Below are positions 23,958-24,000 of a stretch of DNA of 24,000 nt, piece by piece. Under the pieces are notes generated by a model, which saw nothing but the letters and a program-made list of their open reading frames with translations, was not told the DNA's origin and searched no databases. The stretch's first letter is position 1. Each line of letters begins with the position of its first letter. This DNA is from Bacteroidota bacterium. GTDB taxonomy: Bacteria; Bacteroidota; Bacteroidia; Chitinophagales; Chitinophagaceae. The DNA lies in assembly GCA_034408705.1 (NCBI GenBank), contig JAWXCO010000015.1, forward strand, positions 25,066-49,065, written 5' to 3'. The position numbers and the translations under genes were made by a program.

Positions 23958-24000
23958 TTAGTATAGTTTCAGCTTAATGTATCGACAACGTTCAGGCTAA

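Noticed and set aside
23958-24000. 3' end of the gene upstream of rplF (expected rpsH/S8)
   Set aside because: All three minus-strand frames hit stops here, giving possible C-termini ...LA*, ...SLNVVDTLS* or a very short tail. Only 1-10 codons are visible and none is diagnostic for S8, so I make no CDS call.
1-24000. Scan for CRISPR arrays, rRNA, transposases, integrases, phage genes and toxin-antitoxin pairs
   Set aside because: No regularly spaced direct repeats were found, no rRNA-like conserved strings, and no ORF with DDE, tyrosine- or serine-recombinase motifs or phage structural motifs. The window has no identifiable mobile element.

Overview
The window is a chromosomal segment from a Bacteroidota genome. 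Three things support this: a T9SS C-terminal sorting domain, exact TAnnTTTG -7 promoter boxes, and Bacteroidota-style r-protein sequences. A finer taxonomic guess (Chitinophagales or Sphingobacteriales) would be inference only.

Right end (19.2-24.0 kb, minus strand): the distal spc ribosomal operon, rplF-rplR-rpsE-rpmD-rplO-secY-map. Its intergenic spacers are unusually long and carry hairpins. The conserved order stops after map.

Centre (9.7-19.2 kb): the most interesting content, a multi-unit organoarsenical (arsenosugar or arsenolipid-type) gene set.
- A tight minus-strand operon: exported TlpA-DUF547 fusion, AhpD-like CxxC protein, radical-SAM ArsS and ArsM-like methyltransferase.
- A translationally coupled trio with ATGA overlaps: Cys-rich flavodoxin-like protein, DUF2064 (TIGR04282-like) and a membrane fatty-acid hydroxylase/desaturase.
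- A divergently transcribed trimeric-class purine nucleoside phosphorylase. It has Asp where 6-oxopurine-specific PNPs have Asn.
- A TIGR04283-like GT2 glycosyltransferase and an HI0933-type flavoprotein.
- No arsR, arsC, acr3 or arsB is present, so this looks biosynthetic rather than a resistance island.

Left part: rpsA (S1), two lysophospholipid-type acyltransferases, an acyl-CoA thioesterase, proline dehydrogenase, a T9SS cargo protein, and an AT-rich pair (small membrane protein plus PF10127/RlaP-like nucleotidyltransferase).

I found no rRNA, tRNA, CRISPR array, transposase or integrase. Several intrinsic terminators, three apparently leaderless promoter/start arrangements, and a recurrent GATAGT-loop hairpin are visible directly in the sequence. 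All family assignments rest on motif recognition by eye; no database search was run.
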